From Candidatus Caccalectryoclostridium excrementigallinarum (lineage in GTDB: Bacteria; Bacillota; Clostridia; Christensenellales; UBA3700): 64,000 nt of DNA. Positions 1 to 8,720 of this stretch are shown in pieces. The position numbers were made by a program, and so were the translations under genes. Below the pieces are notes generated by a model, which had not been told where the DNA came from, searched no databases, and worked only from the letters and a program-made list of their open reading frames with translations. How positions within the stretch are numbered: the stretch's first letter is position 1; each line of letters starts with the position of its first letter. The stretch is from contig DVNJ01000015.1 of the NCBI GenBank assembly GCA_018714485.1, positions 35,217 through 99,216 of the forward strand, in the 5' to 3' direction.

Positions 1-342
1 AGGCACGATGATGAGCGGCGTGACGCCCTCGGCGACGCACTTTGAGGTGTCGATGGCTTTGCCTCCGCCGAGTCCGATGATGCACTTGCACTTGTTTTCC
101 TTTCCTATCTTACGCAGGCGCTCGATCTCCGCGCGGGAGCACTCGCCCGTGAAGGGGCTTTCGACAAGCTCCACGCCGAACTTCTTGCAGGTGGCGTCCA
201 GCTTGTCCTGCACGCGCGCGATGTCGTCCTTATGCGCGATGAGCAGCGCGTTCTTGCCGTAAGAGGCGATGAAGTAGCCCAGATTGAGCAGTTCGTTTTC
301 GCCCTGAACATATTTCGTAGGGCAAATAAATGCTTTTCTCAT
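1..342 (-). CDS. gldA: glycerol dehydrogenase, N-terminal 114 codons (gene continues beyond window start)
   Basis: Truncated, so absent from the ORF track. My reverse translation from ATG 340-342 gives MRKAFICPTKYVQGENELLNLGYFIASYGKNALLIAHKDD...IIGLGGGKAIDTSKCVAEGVTPLIIVP, the iron-ADH/GldA N-terminus including GGGKxxD. AAGGAGA RBS just upstream. Confidence 0.8.
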   Translation of the reverse strand, partial: MRKAFICPTKYVQGENELLNLGYFIASYGKNALLIAHKDDIARVQDKLDATCKKFGVELVESPFTGECSRAEIERLRKIGKENKCKCIIGLGGGKAIDTSKCVAEGVTPLIIVP

Positions 343-387
343 AATTTTCTCCTTTTTGATTTGGAATCGGAAAATGTCCGTAATTTC

Positions 388-416
388 ATTATACGACAAG
401 TCGGCGTTCTTTTCAA
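388..416 (-). promoter_or_regulatory. sigma-70-type promoter of gldA
   Basis: Minus-strand reading TTGAAA (416-411) - 17 nt - TATAAT (393-388), about 45 nt upstream of the gldA ATG. Confidence 0.6.
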
Positions 417-550
417 GACCCAATTTTTGATTTTTCGCAATTTTTACCTGCTAAGCCGCCGAGTTTTGCGATTTTTGCCGCTCGTTTCCTGACAAAACCG
501 CCGTTTTTGCCGTTTTCGCGCCGTTTTTTCGCATTTTTGTTTTTTTTCTG

Positions 551-577
551 CAAACAAAAAGAGCGCTCCCGCGCCCT
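551..577 (-). terminator. intrinsic terminator after the 610-1116 gene
   Basis: Minus-strand RNA GGGCGC-GGGA-GCGCUC (one G-U pair) followed by UUUUUGUUU. Confidence 0.5.
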
Positions 578-609
578 TCTTCGATCGCTTTTTTTGCGAA
601 AAAATTCCT

Positions 610-1116
610 TTAAGCCTTGTCGTCCGCTTTGAGAACGGCGCCGCAGTAAGGGCAGACGCCCGTGCTCTCTTTGGGATCGATGATCGCCTGCGCACCGCAG
701 TAAGGGCACTTTTTTGTGCTCTTTTCCAAGCTCTGGCGGCGGTTCTTGATCAACTCCAACCTGCCGTTTTCCCATTTATATCCTATTATATATCCCTTTT
801 GCAGCGCCTCGTTGATATAGCCGAGCACGGCTTTTTCCCTGATACCCGTGCCCGCGGCTATTTCTTCCGCCGTATAAAGATTCTGCCTTTCGATCGCCGC
901 GATGACGCGCCCGAGCTTTTTCTTCTCGCCCACCTGCACGAGCATTATCGGAGCGACGTAAAAGCCCGCCACTATCAAAACGATACCGACAACGAGCAGC
1001 GCCGTTATCCCCTTCGTCGCCCCGAACACGGTCATGATTATGCCCGCGGGCAAGCCGATGAGAAAGGCAAGCCCCACCCAAAAAAACGTCCTTATCTTCT
1101 TTTTTATCTTTTCCAT
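610..1116 (-). CDS. membrane-anchored protein with C-terminal double CxxC zinc ribbon (family not recognised)
   Basis: 168-aa ORF. Two N-terminal hydrophobic helices (FFWVGLAFLIGLPAGIIMTVF, ALLVVGIVLIVAGFYVAPIMLV), a soluble middle part, and a C-terminal CPYCG...CPYCG. Confidence 0.6.
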   Translation of the reverse strand: MEKIKKKIRTFFWVGLAFLIGLPAGIIMTVFGATKGITALLVVGIVLIVAGFYVAPIMLVQVGEKKKLGRVIAAIERQNLYTAEEIAAGTGIREKAVLGYINEALQKGYIIGYKWENGRLELIKNRRQSLEKSTKKCPYCGAQAIIDPKESTGVCPYCGAVLKADDKA

Positions 1117-1152
1117 ACGCTTTTGCCTCGGCGCGGCTTTGCCGCACTCTTA

Positions 1153-2082
1153 TTATACGCCGCTTTTTTTATTTTGACAATACGTTTCTTCGCTCTCGGC
1201 GCGCTCCCCTTTCCCGCTCTCGGCGGAGATCTGATACTGCGTGGGCGTCACGCCCGTCGCCTGCTTGAATTTACGCACGAAATAAGAAGGGTCGTCATAG
1301 CCCACCGCGTGCGCCACGGCGGAGATCTTCATCTCCCTGTTTGCCAAAAGCTCCTTGGCTTTTTTGATCCGGAGGCTCAAAATATAAGCCGAGACCGTGC
1401 TGCCCACCGCGCCCGCGAACAGGCGGGAAAAATATTCGGGCGTGATGAAGCAAAGCGCGGCAAGCTCGCTTATGCTTATCTTTTCGCCGTAATGCGCGGC
1501 GATATATTTGAGCGCGGGCTGAAGCTTGTTCAGCCCCGACGCCTTTTTCTCGCCGCCCGGGACCATATTCGCCGCCACCTTGAAATTGCCCACGAAAGAC
1601 GCCAGCTGATTGACAAGGCTCGCCGTCTCGTAAAAAGCGTCCGCTTCCATATAGGGAAGACGGGAAAATATCTCGGCAAGGGCGGGATATTCTTCGAGCG
1701 AGGCGCGCGGCTCGACGCTGTCCAGCCTGTCTTCGCCTATGTCCGTCTTGGCGCCGCCGCCGCAGAAAGCACCCACATATTCACCGCGGTAAAAGATGGG
1801 GACGGCAAAGTCGGTAAGCCCGAACCGGCACCTATAATAAATGCACTTATGCGTCCTTCCCGCCTCGAAACAGGAATGCGCGGCGAGCCGCAGGCAGCGC
1901 TGTTTCAAACCTTCGTCTTCACGCACCGCCTTGCAAAAGATAATATCGTTGCAGGGATAGATGACGACTCCGCCCATGTCGTCGAGCACGCAGAGATTAA
2001 GCCCCGTCGCCTTTGAAAGCGAGTCGAGCACGAGCTTCAATCTGTCGACGGACACGATGTCGCTTAAACGGTATTTGCCCAT
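1153..2082 (-). CDS. AraC-family transcriptional regulator with N-terminal PocR-type sensory domain
   Basis: ORF 1153-2166. PocR-like Cys pattern (FCKAV..CLRLAAHSC..CIYYRCRFGLTDFAVPI) and C-terminal AraC HTH (ISISELAALCFITPEYFSRLF..VGYDDPSYFVRKFK). Start moved to ATG 2080-2082 (MGKYRL), which follows a GGGGGTGA RBS. Confidence 0.8.
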   Translation of the reverse strand: MGKYRLSDIVSVDRLKLVLDSLSKATGLNLCVLDDMGGVVIYPCNDIIFCKAVREDEGLKQRCLRLAAHSCFEAGRTHKCIYYRCRFGLTDFAVPIFYRGEYVGAFCGGGAKTDIGEDRLDSVEPRASLEEYPALAEIFSRLPYMEADAFYETASLVNQLASFVGNFKVAANMVPGGEKKASGLNKLQPALKYIAAHYGEKISISELAALCFITPEYFSRLFAGAVGSTVSAYILSLRIKKAKELLANREMKISAVAHAVGYDDPSYFVRKFKQATGVTPTQYQISAESGKGERAESEETYCQNKKSGV

Positions 2083-2270
2083 AATATCACCCCCTATTAT
2101 GCGAGCCTTCACGCGTTTTTCATTATTGTACAACAAAATAATACCATACCGTAGCGGATTTGTCAATTGCCGATTTTACGAAGATTTTGTATTATGAAGT
2201 TAGAAAAGCGCGTCTTCCGAGCGAATGAACACAAAGGGGATGTCTCGGAAAGGCGCAAAGGGAGGAATTT

Positions 2271-4310
2271 ATGGGCAATCTCAAAAACGGTTTCGCAAGC
2301 TATTTTGCGAAAAACAAAGTTGCCGTCATCTTCCTTATCGTATGCATCCTGGTCATATTTTTGAGCAGCTTCATCGCCTCGGCTATACAGTCGAACGGTT
2401 GGAGCATCGAAGTGACCGATCTGAGGGACGCGGAAAACGAAGGAACGGCAATATCCCTGACGGGAGAAGAGACGGAAATCAACGGAAAAGTCGTCTCGGG
2501 CATCTTGTTCAAGCCCAAGGACGCCACGGCGGACAATCCCCTGCCCGCGGTGGTGCTCACCCACGGCTATTTGAACAACCGCGAAATGCAGCTGCAAAAC
2601 GCCATCGAGCTGGCGCGCCGCGGCTTTGTCGTTCTGACCGTGGACAGAGAAGGTCACGGCAACTACGAGAACTCGGGCGAGACGAGCGCGGTGATGGCGA
2701 CGAGCGGACTTTACGATTCGGTCAAATATCTTTATAACATGGATTACGTCGACAAAGACAAGATAGGTATTTCCGGTCACTCCATGGGCGGCATGACCAC
2801 CGCGTTGACCCTCTCGCAGGACAGGCAGCTCGGGTTGGTCTCGGCGGGACTTATCCAGGCATGGAGCAGCTTCATGGGCGCGGGCGCGGACGTTGACGTG
2901 GGCATGCTCAAAGCGCAAGACGACGAGTTCTTCTTCACCACCAACGAGGGCGAAGACGGGACCATCTCCCGCGAATATCTCTCCACGCGGGCGGCAAAGA
3001 CCTTCATCGGCAACACCGAGCTTGAAGGAGACGTGGTCTCGGGCGCGATCTATGTGAACGGACAGGCGGTGGAGACGACGGGCGGACAGGAAACGGAAGG
3101 CGCTTTCAGGGTCGTTTATGAGATCTCGGGCGTGCATCCGCAAAACCATTGCTCCGTCGAGGGCGCGAACGCCGTCGTCAACTTCTTCTATAACGCTTTC
3201 GGGACTCCGAACGGCTATGAGTATATCTCCGAGGGCAATCAGGTCTGGTGGGTGAAAGAGGCGTTCTCGCTCATAGGCATGATAGGCTTCTTTGCGCTCA
3301 TCTTCCCGCTCGTGAGCCTGTTGCTCACCACTCCCGTCTTCCGCAGTCTGCGCGTGGCGAAACAGCAGGTCGTCGAAGAGACGGTCGTCGTCACGGACGA
3401 AACGGGCGCGGAGCAGACGATGGTCTGTCAAAAGCTCGTCTGGGACGGCGCGAACATACCGCTGCAACCCAAGCCGCTCAAAGGCGTTCAGAAAAACATC
3501 TCCTATTGGCTGGCGGCGATCGGGATAATGCTTTTCAGCGGCTTCTCCATCCACTCCATATGCACGGAATACGGAAGCAAGTGGTTCCCCAACACGCAGC
3601 TTTATCCGCAGGACACCACCAACTGGGTGGCGATGTGGGCGGTCTGCTCCGCGCTCTTCTCGCTGGCGGTCATTCTCTTCTTCTGGCTCGCCAACACTGT
3701 CGTCAACAAGATACGTTACGGCGACAATTATCTCGAATATCAGGAAAATCCCTTCGCCGCGGGTAAGATAGCCACGGGGCTTGGCGGACTTTTGAAGACT
3801 TTCGTGCTCGCGCTCCTCGTGCTCGGCATACTCATGGCGGTGCTCTATACCAACTGGGCGATCTGGACGGTCGACTTCCGCATCTGGACGCTCGCGGTCA
3901 AGGTCTTCGACATGGGAGTTCTCCTGCCCACGATCGTGCGCTACGGCGTCTTCTTCGGGATATTCTTCATCGTCAGCGCGCTCTTCAACGAGACTTACCG
4001 CGCTTCCAATATCCCCGAATGGGCGAGCACGCTCATCAACGTCTTCTTCAACTTCTTCGGCGTGCTTCTCGTGATCGCCATTCAGTACGGCGAATTCACC
4101 TCCACGGGCGTGATGTGGCAGCCGGATATGAATCTCGGCTATATCGTGCTCTTCCCGATGGTCCCCATTTTGGCGATCGCCACGGTCATCTCGAGAAGAA
4201 TGACGGCAAAGACGGGCAACATGTGGCTGGGCGCGTTCATCAACACGCTGCTCTTCACCCTCATCACCTGCTCCAACACGGCTTCTTCTTTCGCCTATAT
4301 CATGGGCTGA
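2271..4310 (+). CDS. alpha/beta-hydrolase domain fused to a polytopic membrane domain
   Basis: 679 aa. N-terminal TM helix, hydrolase core with GHSMGG nucleophile elbow, then many hydrophobic segments in the C-terminal half. GGGAGGA RBS. Confidence 0.7.
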   Translation: MGNLKNGFASYFAKNKVAVIFLIVCILVIFLSSFIASAIQSNGWSIEVTDLRDAENEGTAISLTGEETEINGKVVSGILFKPKDATADNPLPAVVLTHGYLNNREMQLQNAIELARRGFVVLTVDREGHGNYENSGETSAVMATSGLYDSVKYLYNMDYVDKDKIGISGHSMGGMTTALTLSQDRQLGLVSAGLIQAWSSFMGAGADVDVGMLKAQDDEFFFTTNEGEDGTISREYLSTRAAKTFIGNTELEGDVVSGAIYVNGQAVETTGGQETEGAFRVVYEISGVHPQNHCSVEGANAVVNFFYNAFGTPNGYEYISEGNQVWWVKEAFSLIGMIGFFALIFPLVSLLLTTPVFRSLRVAKQQVVEETVVVTDETGAEQTMVCQKLVWDGANIPLQPKPLKGVQKNISYWLAAIGIMLFSGFSIHSICTEYGSKWFPNTQLYPQDTTNWVAMWAVCSALFSLAVILFFWLANTVVNKIRYGDNYLEYQENPFAAGKIATGLGGLLKTFVLALLVLGILMAVLYTNWAIWTVDFRIWTLAVKVFDMGVLLPTIVRYGVFFGIFFIVSALFNETYRASNIPEWASTLINVFFNFFGVLLVIAIQYGEFTSTGVMWQPDMNLGYIVLFPMVPILAIATVISRRMTAKTGNMWLGAFINTLLFTLITCSNTASSFAYIMG

Positions 4311-4325
4311 GAAGTTTCACGCAGC

Positions 4326-4360
4326 AAAAAAGAGGACGGCTTGTTCCGTCCTCCTTTTTT
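4326..4360. terminator. bidirectional intrinsic terminator between convergent genes
   Basis: GAGGACGG (4332-4339) / CCGTCCTC (4346-4353) stem with a 6-nt loop, A-run before and T-run after. Confidence 0.75.
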
Positions 4361-4367
4361 ACGTTTT

Positions 4368-4724
4368 TCAGGCGCGGGGAACGCTCGCCACGGCGATGAG
4401 ATCCGCGCCGCTTTGCGCCGCGTTCGCGGCGATCGTCTCGCCCGCTTTCACGGGCGCTTGAAGCTTCATCTGCCGCGCGAGCCGAGCTATGGGCGCGATG
4501 AACTTTTTGTTCACGGGCGCGGAGACTCTCACCGCCACGGCGCCCCTGTCTCCGCCCGTAACACGCACGGACACGGAAAAAGTGCGCACGGGATCGGTCA
4601 TCTCGGAGACGGCGTATTCCCTGCCGCGCGGGCAGGAATTGCCCGTCACGACTATCTCGCCGTTCTTTTCTTCCGCCGTGAGCGCGCAGCCGAGCGGACA
4701 GCGTATGCAAACGAAATTTTTCAT
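4368..4724 (-). CDS. DUF1667 domain protein
   Basis: 118 aa. The Cys motif MKNFVCIRCPLGCALT..GNSCPRGREYA is typical of the small protein that follows GlpA-like/oxidoreductase pairs. 4-nt overlap with the upstream gene. Confidence 0.75.
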   Translation of the reverse strand: MKNFVCIRCPLGCALTAEEKNGEIVVTGNSCPRGREYAVSEMTDPVRTFSVSVRVTGGDRGAVAVRVSAPVNKKFIAPIARLARQMKLQAPVKAGETIAANAAQSGADLIAVASVPRA

Positions 4725-5968
4725 TTTTTCTCCCTCAGCGCCACGACGACCTGCTTTGCCGCGCGCAGACGCGCAGCCTTGTCGGCGGCGATCGTGATAT
4801 ATTCCATCTCTCCGGGGGCGGCGACTCTCTTAAAGAGAGAATGCACTCTCTCTTCGTCCGCGTAAACGTCGATATAGACGTTTTTCACCTCCGCTCCCAC
4901 GCGCAGTTTGAGCGAAAGCGCGCCGCTCATATCCGCGCAGAGTTTTTGCGGCACGGTGTATCTCACGCCGTCTTTGCAGCTTATCTTCACCGTCTTCCCG
5001 CTCTGCCTTTTTCCCGCGAGATATTCCGCGGCAAAGCGCGCGCACTCCTCCGCTTCCTTGCAGGCGTAATCGGCAAGGTCGTGGACGTGCAGCATGTTCC
5101 CCACGGAAAAGATGCCGTCGAGCGAAGTCATCATGCGCTCGTCCGCCTCCGCGCCGCGCGTCACGGGATCGAACTTCGCGCCCGCGCCGCGCAAAAGCTC
5201 GGTCTCGGGGATAAGTCCCACGCTCAAAAGCAGCGTGTCGCACTCGTATTCCCTCTCCGTTCCCTTGACGGGGCGCAGTTTTTCGTCCACGCGGCTGACG
5301 GTGACGCCGCAAAGCCTGCCCTCTTTTTCCCTGATGTCGGTCACGGTATGCGAAAGCAAAAGCGGGATCCCGAAATCGTCCAGACATTGGGCGATATTGC
5401 GCTTCAAACCGGAAGAATAGGGCATTATCTCCGCCACGGCGCAAACCTCTCCGCCCTGCAAGACGGCGCGGCGCGCCATGATCAGCCCGATGTCGCCCGA
5501 GCCGAGGATAAAGAACTTCTTTCCCGGCATGACGCCGTTGAGATTTATCAGCTTTTGCGCCGTTCCCGCCGTATATACGCCCGCGCAGCGCGCCCCGGGG
5601 ATCCCTATCGCTCCGCGCGGCCGCTCACGGCAGCCGCAGGCGAGAATGACCGCGTCCGCCTTTATCGTGAACACGCCCTCTTCGTTGACGCATTCCGCGC
5701 TCTTGTCCGCGCTCAGCGAGAGCACGGTCGTACCCGTGAGGCACTTTATCCCTTCCGCCTCGCTTTCGAGACGGGCGGCATATTCGGGACCGGTAAGCTC
5801 CTGTCCGTACATATGCAGTCCGAAACCGCTGTGCACGCATTGGTTGAGTATGCCGCCGAGCCTGACGTCGCGCTCGACGATCGTTATCTCCTCAACTCCT
5901 CTTTTCCGCGCCTCCGCGGCGGCGGCAAGCCCGGCGGGTCCGCCGCCCACTATCAGCAGCTTACTCAT
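4721..5968 (-). CDS. NAD(P)/FAD-dependent oxidoreductase (pyridine nucleotide-disulfide oxidoreductase family)
   Basis: 415 aa. Two Rossmann motifs (LLIVGGGPAGLAAA and FFILGSGDIGLIMA). 8-nt overlap with the upstream GlpA-like gene. Confidence 0.8.
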   Translation of the reverse strand: MSKLLIVGGGPAGLAAAAEARKRGVEEITIVERDVRLGGILNQCVHSGFGLHMYGQELTGPEYAARLESEAEGIKCLTGTTVLSLSADKSAECVNEEGVFTIKADAVILACGCRERPRGAIGIPGARCAGVYTAGTAQKLINLNGVMPGKKFFILGSGDIGLIMARRAVLQGGEVCAVAEIMPYSSGLKRNIAQCLDDFGIPLLLSHTVTDIREKEGRLCGVTVSRVDEKLRPVKGTEREYECDTLLLSVGLIPETELLRGAGAKFDPVTRGAEADERMMTSLDGIFSVGNMLHVHDLADYACKEAEECARFAAEYLAGKRQSGKTVKISCKDGVRYTVPQKLCADMSGALSLKLRVGAEVKNVYIDVYADEERVHSLFKRVAAPGEMEYITIAADKAARLRAAKQVVVALREKK

Positions 5969-7415
5969 CGATATAACCCTCCGTCATCAAAGATCCGCCG
6001 CCGAACTTGGTCGTTTGGTTGATGTCTTTCCCCAGCTCGCGCGCCAAGATCTCGGCGGTGCGCGGCATGCAGAATCCCGATTGACACCTGCCCATGCCCG
6101 CGCGCGTGCGGCGCTTTATGCCGTCCAAGTCGCGCGCGCCCAAGGGGCGGCGTATGCTCGCGACTATCTCCGCTTCCGTCACCTGTTCGCAGCGGCAGAC
6201 TATCCTGCCGTAAGCGGGATCGCGCTTTATCGCCTCGGCGCGCTCCTCACTGCTCATCGCCGCAAAGGCGCGAATGGCTTTGCGCTCGCCGATATAATTG
6301 CTCTTTTCTTTCAAAGAGAGATCTCCTGCTATCTCCTGCGCCAAAAACTTCCCGATCGCGGGCGCGCAGGTCAACCCGGGCGACTCGATACCCGCGGCGT
6401 TATACCAGCCGTCGAACGCCTTTCCGAGAATAAAGTCGTCGCCGCTCGGATGGGCGCGCACTCCCGCGAACCTCGTTATCGCCGTCCGCATGTCGAGAGA
6501 AGGCACGCTCTTTTTCGCCCCTTCGCTCACCCTCGCTCCGCCCTCGGCGGTCGTGCGCACGTCGTCTTTTTCTCCGATGTCGTCCGCGGTCGGTCCCGCG
6601 AGCAGATTGCCGTGAACGGTGGGCGTGACCAAAATGCCCTTGCCCAGCCTCGTCGGAGTATGGAAAAGCGTGGAGTTTACTCTGCCCCCTTCCGTCTTGT
6701 CGAAAAGGATATATTCCCCTCTTCGCGGCGTTATCTTAAAGACGGGCATCTCTTTTTCGTGCGCGCCCTCGTAAGCCGCGCAGACCTCGTCCGCGTGCAC
6801 CCCCGCGCAGTTCACGACCGCCCTCACGCGCGTGCTTTCGCCCGTTTGCGTGAAGACGGCGAGCCGTTCTCCCTCCTGCCTTATCTTCGCCGCTCTTTTC
6901 TCAAAGAAAAATTCCGCGCCGTTTTCGCAGGCATTCTCGCCGTAAGCCGCCGTCATTTCATAAGGGCTCGTGATCCCCGCCGAAGCGCACAAGAGCGCGG
7001 CGACGACCTTTTCGGACAAGTTAGGCTCTCTCTTTCTCGCCTCTTCTCCGCTCAATATCTTCAAGCCCGTCACGCCGTTCTTTATCCCGCGCTCGAAAAG
7101 CACGTTCAATATCTCTTTCTCGCTCTCGTCAAAGGCGAGCACCATGGAGCCGTTGTTGCGGTAAGGAAAATCCAGCCGCTTGCTCTCGCTCTCCATGACG
7201 GCGCAGCCCAAAACGTTGAACTTCGCCTTCAAAGTCCCGGGCAGCGCGTCGAATCCGCCGTGCACAATGCCCGAATTGGCTTTGCTCGCGCCGCAGGCGA
7301 TGTCGTGCGCGCTTTCGAGCACGACGACGTCCCCTTCGAACGCGGACAAAAAGCTCGCCACGGCACAGCCGATGACTCCCGCTCCTATTATCGCAACGTC
7401 ATATTTTTCTTTCAT
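5961..7415 (-). CDS. FAD-dependent glycerol-3-phosphate dehydrogenase/oxidase-like protein with BFD-like [2Fe-2S] C-terminal region
   Basis: 484 aa. YDVAIIGAGVIGCAVA dinucleotide motif and C-terminal CRCEQVTEAEI...CQSGFC. First gene of a three-gene module. Confidence 0.8.
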   Translation of the reverse strand: MKEKYDVAIIGAGVIGCAVASFLSAFEGDVVVLESAHDIACGASKANSGIVHGGFDALPGTLKAKFNVLGCAVMESESKRLDFPYRNNGSMVLAFDESEKEILNVLFERGIKNGVTGLKILSGEEARKREPNLSEKVVAALLCASAGITSPYEMTAAYGENACENGAEFFFEKRAAKIRQEGERLAVFTQTGESTRVRAVVNCAGVHADEVCAAYEGAHEKEMPVFKITPRRGEYILFDKTEGGRVNSTLFHTPTRLGKGILVTPTVHGNLLAGPTADDIGEKDDVRTTAEGGARVSEGAKKSVPSLDMRTAITRFAGVRAHPSGDDFILGKAFDGWYNAAGIESPGLTCAPAIGKFLAQEIAGDLSLKEKSNYIGERKAIRAFAAMSSEERAEAIKRDPAYGRIVCRCEQVTEAEIVASIRRPLGARDLDGIKRRTRAGMGRCQSGFCMPRTAEILARELGKDINQTTKFGGGSLMTEGYIDE

Positions 7416-7432
7416 ATCTCACTCCGCTACCC

Positions 7433-7461
7433 ATTATAGCACACACGGCGGCATAAGACAA
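7433..7461 (-). promoter_or_regulatory. promoter of the GlpA-like operon
   Basis: Minus-strand TTGTCT (7461-7456) - 17 nt - TATAAT (7438-7433) preceded by TGC (extended -10). Short leader with GGAGTGAG RBS. Confidence 0.65.
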
Positions 7462-7490
7462 TAAAAAGAATTTTTTCGCGTAAAATCAAT

Positions 7491-7873
7491 TTGAAGGGGT
7501 GAAAGGGCTTGTCCTCGGGCATGATTCCCGCAAATATCAATAATTTTCGTTTGACGGAAGGCGTTAAGAGTGCCCGCAGAAGTGCAAAGGCGGGCGGAAG
7601 GGCGAGCGGTTTTGCCCGATTTCGGCGGGCGGCGGCGCAGGCAATACTCTTGCGGTATTGTCAAGACGCCGACCGTTGAAAGGGGGTGAAAACGTTTGTC
7701 CTCGGGTGTGCTTGCGACGCGCCCAAGAAATGTTTAATAATTTTCGTTTGACGGAAGGCGTTAAGAGTGCCCGAGAGAGCGCGGTTTTTCGTTCGGATCC
7801 GCGCCATTGCGGCGCAGGTAATACTCTTGCGGTATTATCAAGACGCAATGACGCGGAGGCGGGCGGAAGGGCG
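7491..7873. repeat. tandem duplication, ~184-bp unit x2 plus a partial third motif
   Basis: Unit 1 is 7491-7674 and unit 2 is 7675-~7850. Shared blocks: TTGAAGGGGTGAAA, TTGTCCTCGGG, a 38-nt identical block AATAATTTTCGTTTGACGGAAGGCGTTAAGAGTGCCCG (7540 / 7737), and GGCGCAGGYAATACTCTTGCGGTATTRTCAAGACGC. GGCGGGCGGAAGGGCG recurs at 7589 and 7858. Confidence 0.85.
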
Positions 7874-7913
7874 CGTTCTCGCGAGTGCTCGTACGCCTTC
7901 CGCCAAACGGCAA

Positions 7914-7970
7914 GAAAAAACGACGCATCACCGGATATAAGGAAGGGGGAGAAAACGAAGATGCGTCGTT
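7914..7970 (-). terminator. putative terminator of the cysK-tcdA operon
   Basis: 10-bp stem ACGACGCATC (7920-7929) / GATGCGTCGT (7960-7969), followed on the minus strand by TTTTTT. The loop is unusually large (30 nt). Confidence 0.45.
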
Positions 7971-8045
7971 ACGGATCGCTCCGTACTTCTATATTAACAT
8001 ATATTTTGTATAATGTGTGTAATTTCTCAAAATATTACAAAGTTC

Positions 8046-8720
8046 TTACCTTTTCCCGAGCAGATAAGTCACGGCGTACTCCGCCATTTTCGCGGCTGCG
8101 GCGGCGGGAACATAGGAGATACTTGCGGGGGCATGCCTGCCCGCCTCTTCCAAAACGCCGCCTTGCGGCTTTTCGCGCGAATAGACGACGGGCAGCGAAG
8201 TAACGCCCGCCTCTTTGAGCAGGCGGCGCATGGCGCGCGCCAACGGACACACGCTCGTTTCGAAGATGTCGGCGATCTCGAACTGCGCTTTCAGCTTATT
8301 CCCCGTGCCCATACAGGAGATAAGCTCGCTCTTGCCGCGACAGGCGAGCGCGAGCGCGACCTTGCTCGTGACGGTGTCGATACAGTCGAGGACTATGTCG
8401 TAGGCGGAAAAATCGAAAGGGGTGTTTTTGTCGTAAAACAAATCGAACTCTTCCACCTTTATCTCCCCGTTTATCTGCCCGATACGCTCCGCGCAGACGC
8501 TCGTCTTTTTCCTGCCCACGGTGGATGAGAGCGCGAGCACCTGCCTGTTGAGGTTGCTTTCGCTTATGCTGTCGCTGTCCGCGAGCGCCAATCTACCCAC
8601 GCCCGCGCGCGCCAGAAATTCGGCGCAGAAACCGCCCACGCCGCCCAAGCCGAAGATCGCCGCGGACGAATTTTTCAGCTTTTTCGCGTCCTCTCCCAGC
8701 AAAAGCTCGGTGCGGTTCAC
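8046..8720 (-). CDS. tcdA: tRNA threonylcarbamoyladenosine dehydratase (ThiF/MoeB-type E1-like)
   Basis: FGLGGVGGFCAEFLARAGVGRLALADSDSISESNLNRQ Rossmann motif. Start set to GTG 8718-8720, which overlaps the cysK stop (GTGA) and follows GGGAG. The track ORF extends to 8795, but that part overlaps cysK. Confidence 0.75.
   Translation of the reverse strand: MNRTELLLGEDAKKLKNSSAAIFGLGGVGGFCAEFLARAGVGRLALADSDSISESNLNRQVLALSSTVGRKKTSVCAERIGQINGEIKVEEFDLFYDKNTPFDFSAYDIVLDCIDTVTSKVALALACRGKSELISCMGTGNKLKAQFEIADIFETSVCPLARAMRRLLKEAGVTSLPVVYSREKPQGGVLEEAGRHAPASISYVPAAAAAKMAEYAVTYLLGKR

Noticed and set aside
799-2016. Long track ORFs antisense to or overlapping recognisable genes. Examples: 799-2016(+), 2163-3554(-), 5478-7439(+), 12939-14267(+), 33186-34634(+), 35306-36658(-), 41977-44502(+), 44378-45586(+), 58394-59653(-).
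   Set aside because: Their translations are Arg/Ala/His/Gly-rich low-complexity strings typical of open antisense frames in GC-rich DNA. Each lies opposite a gene with clear family motifs (AraC, hydrolase, GlpA-like, GT4, protease, mnmG, gyrA, gyrB, ktrB).
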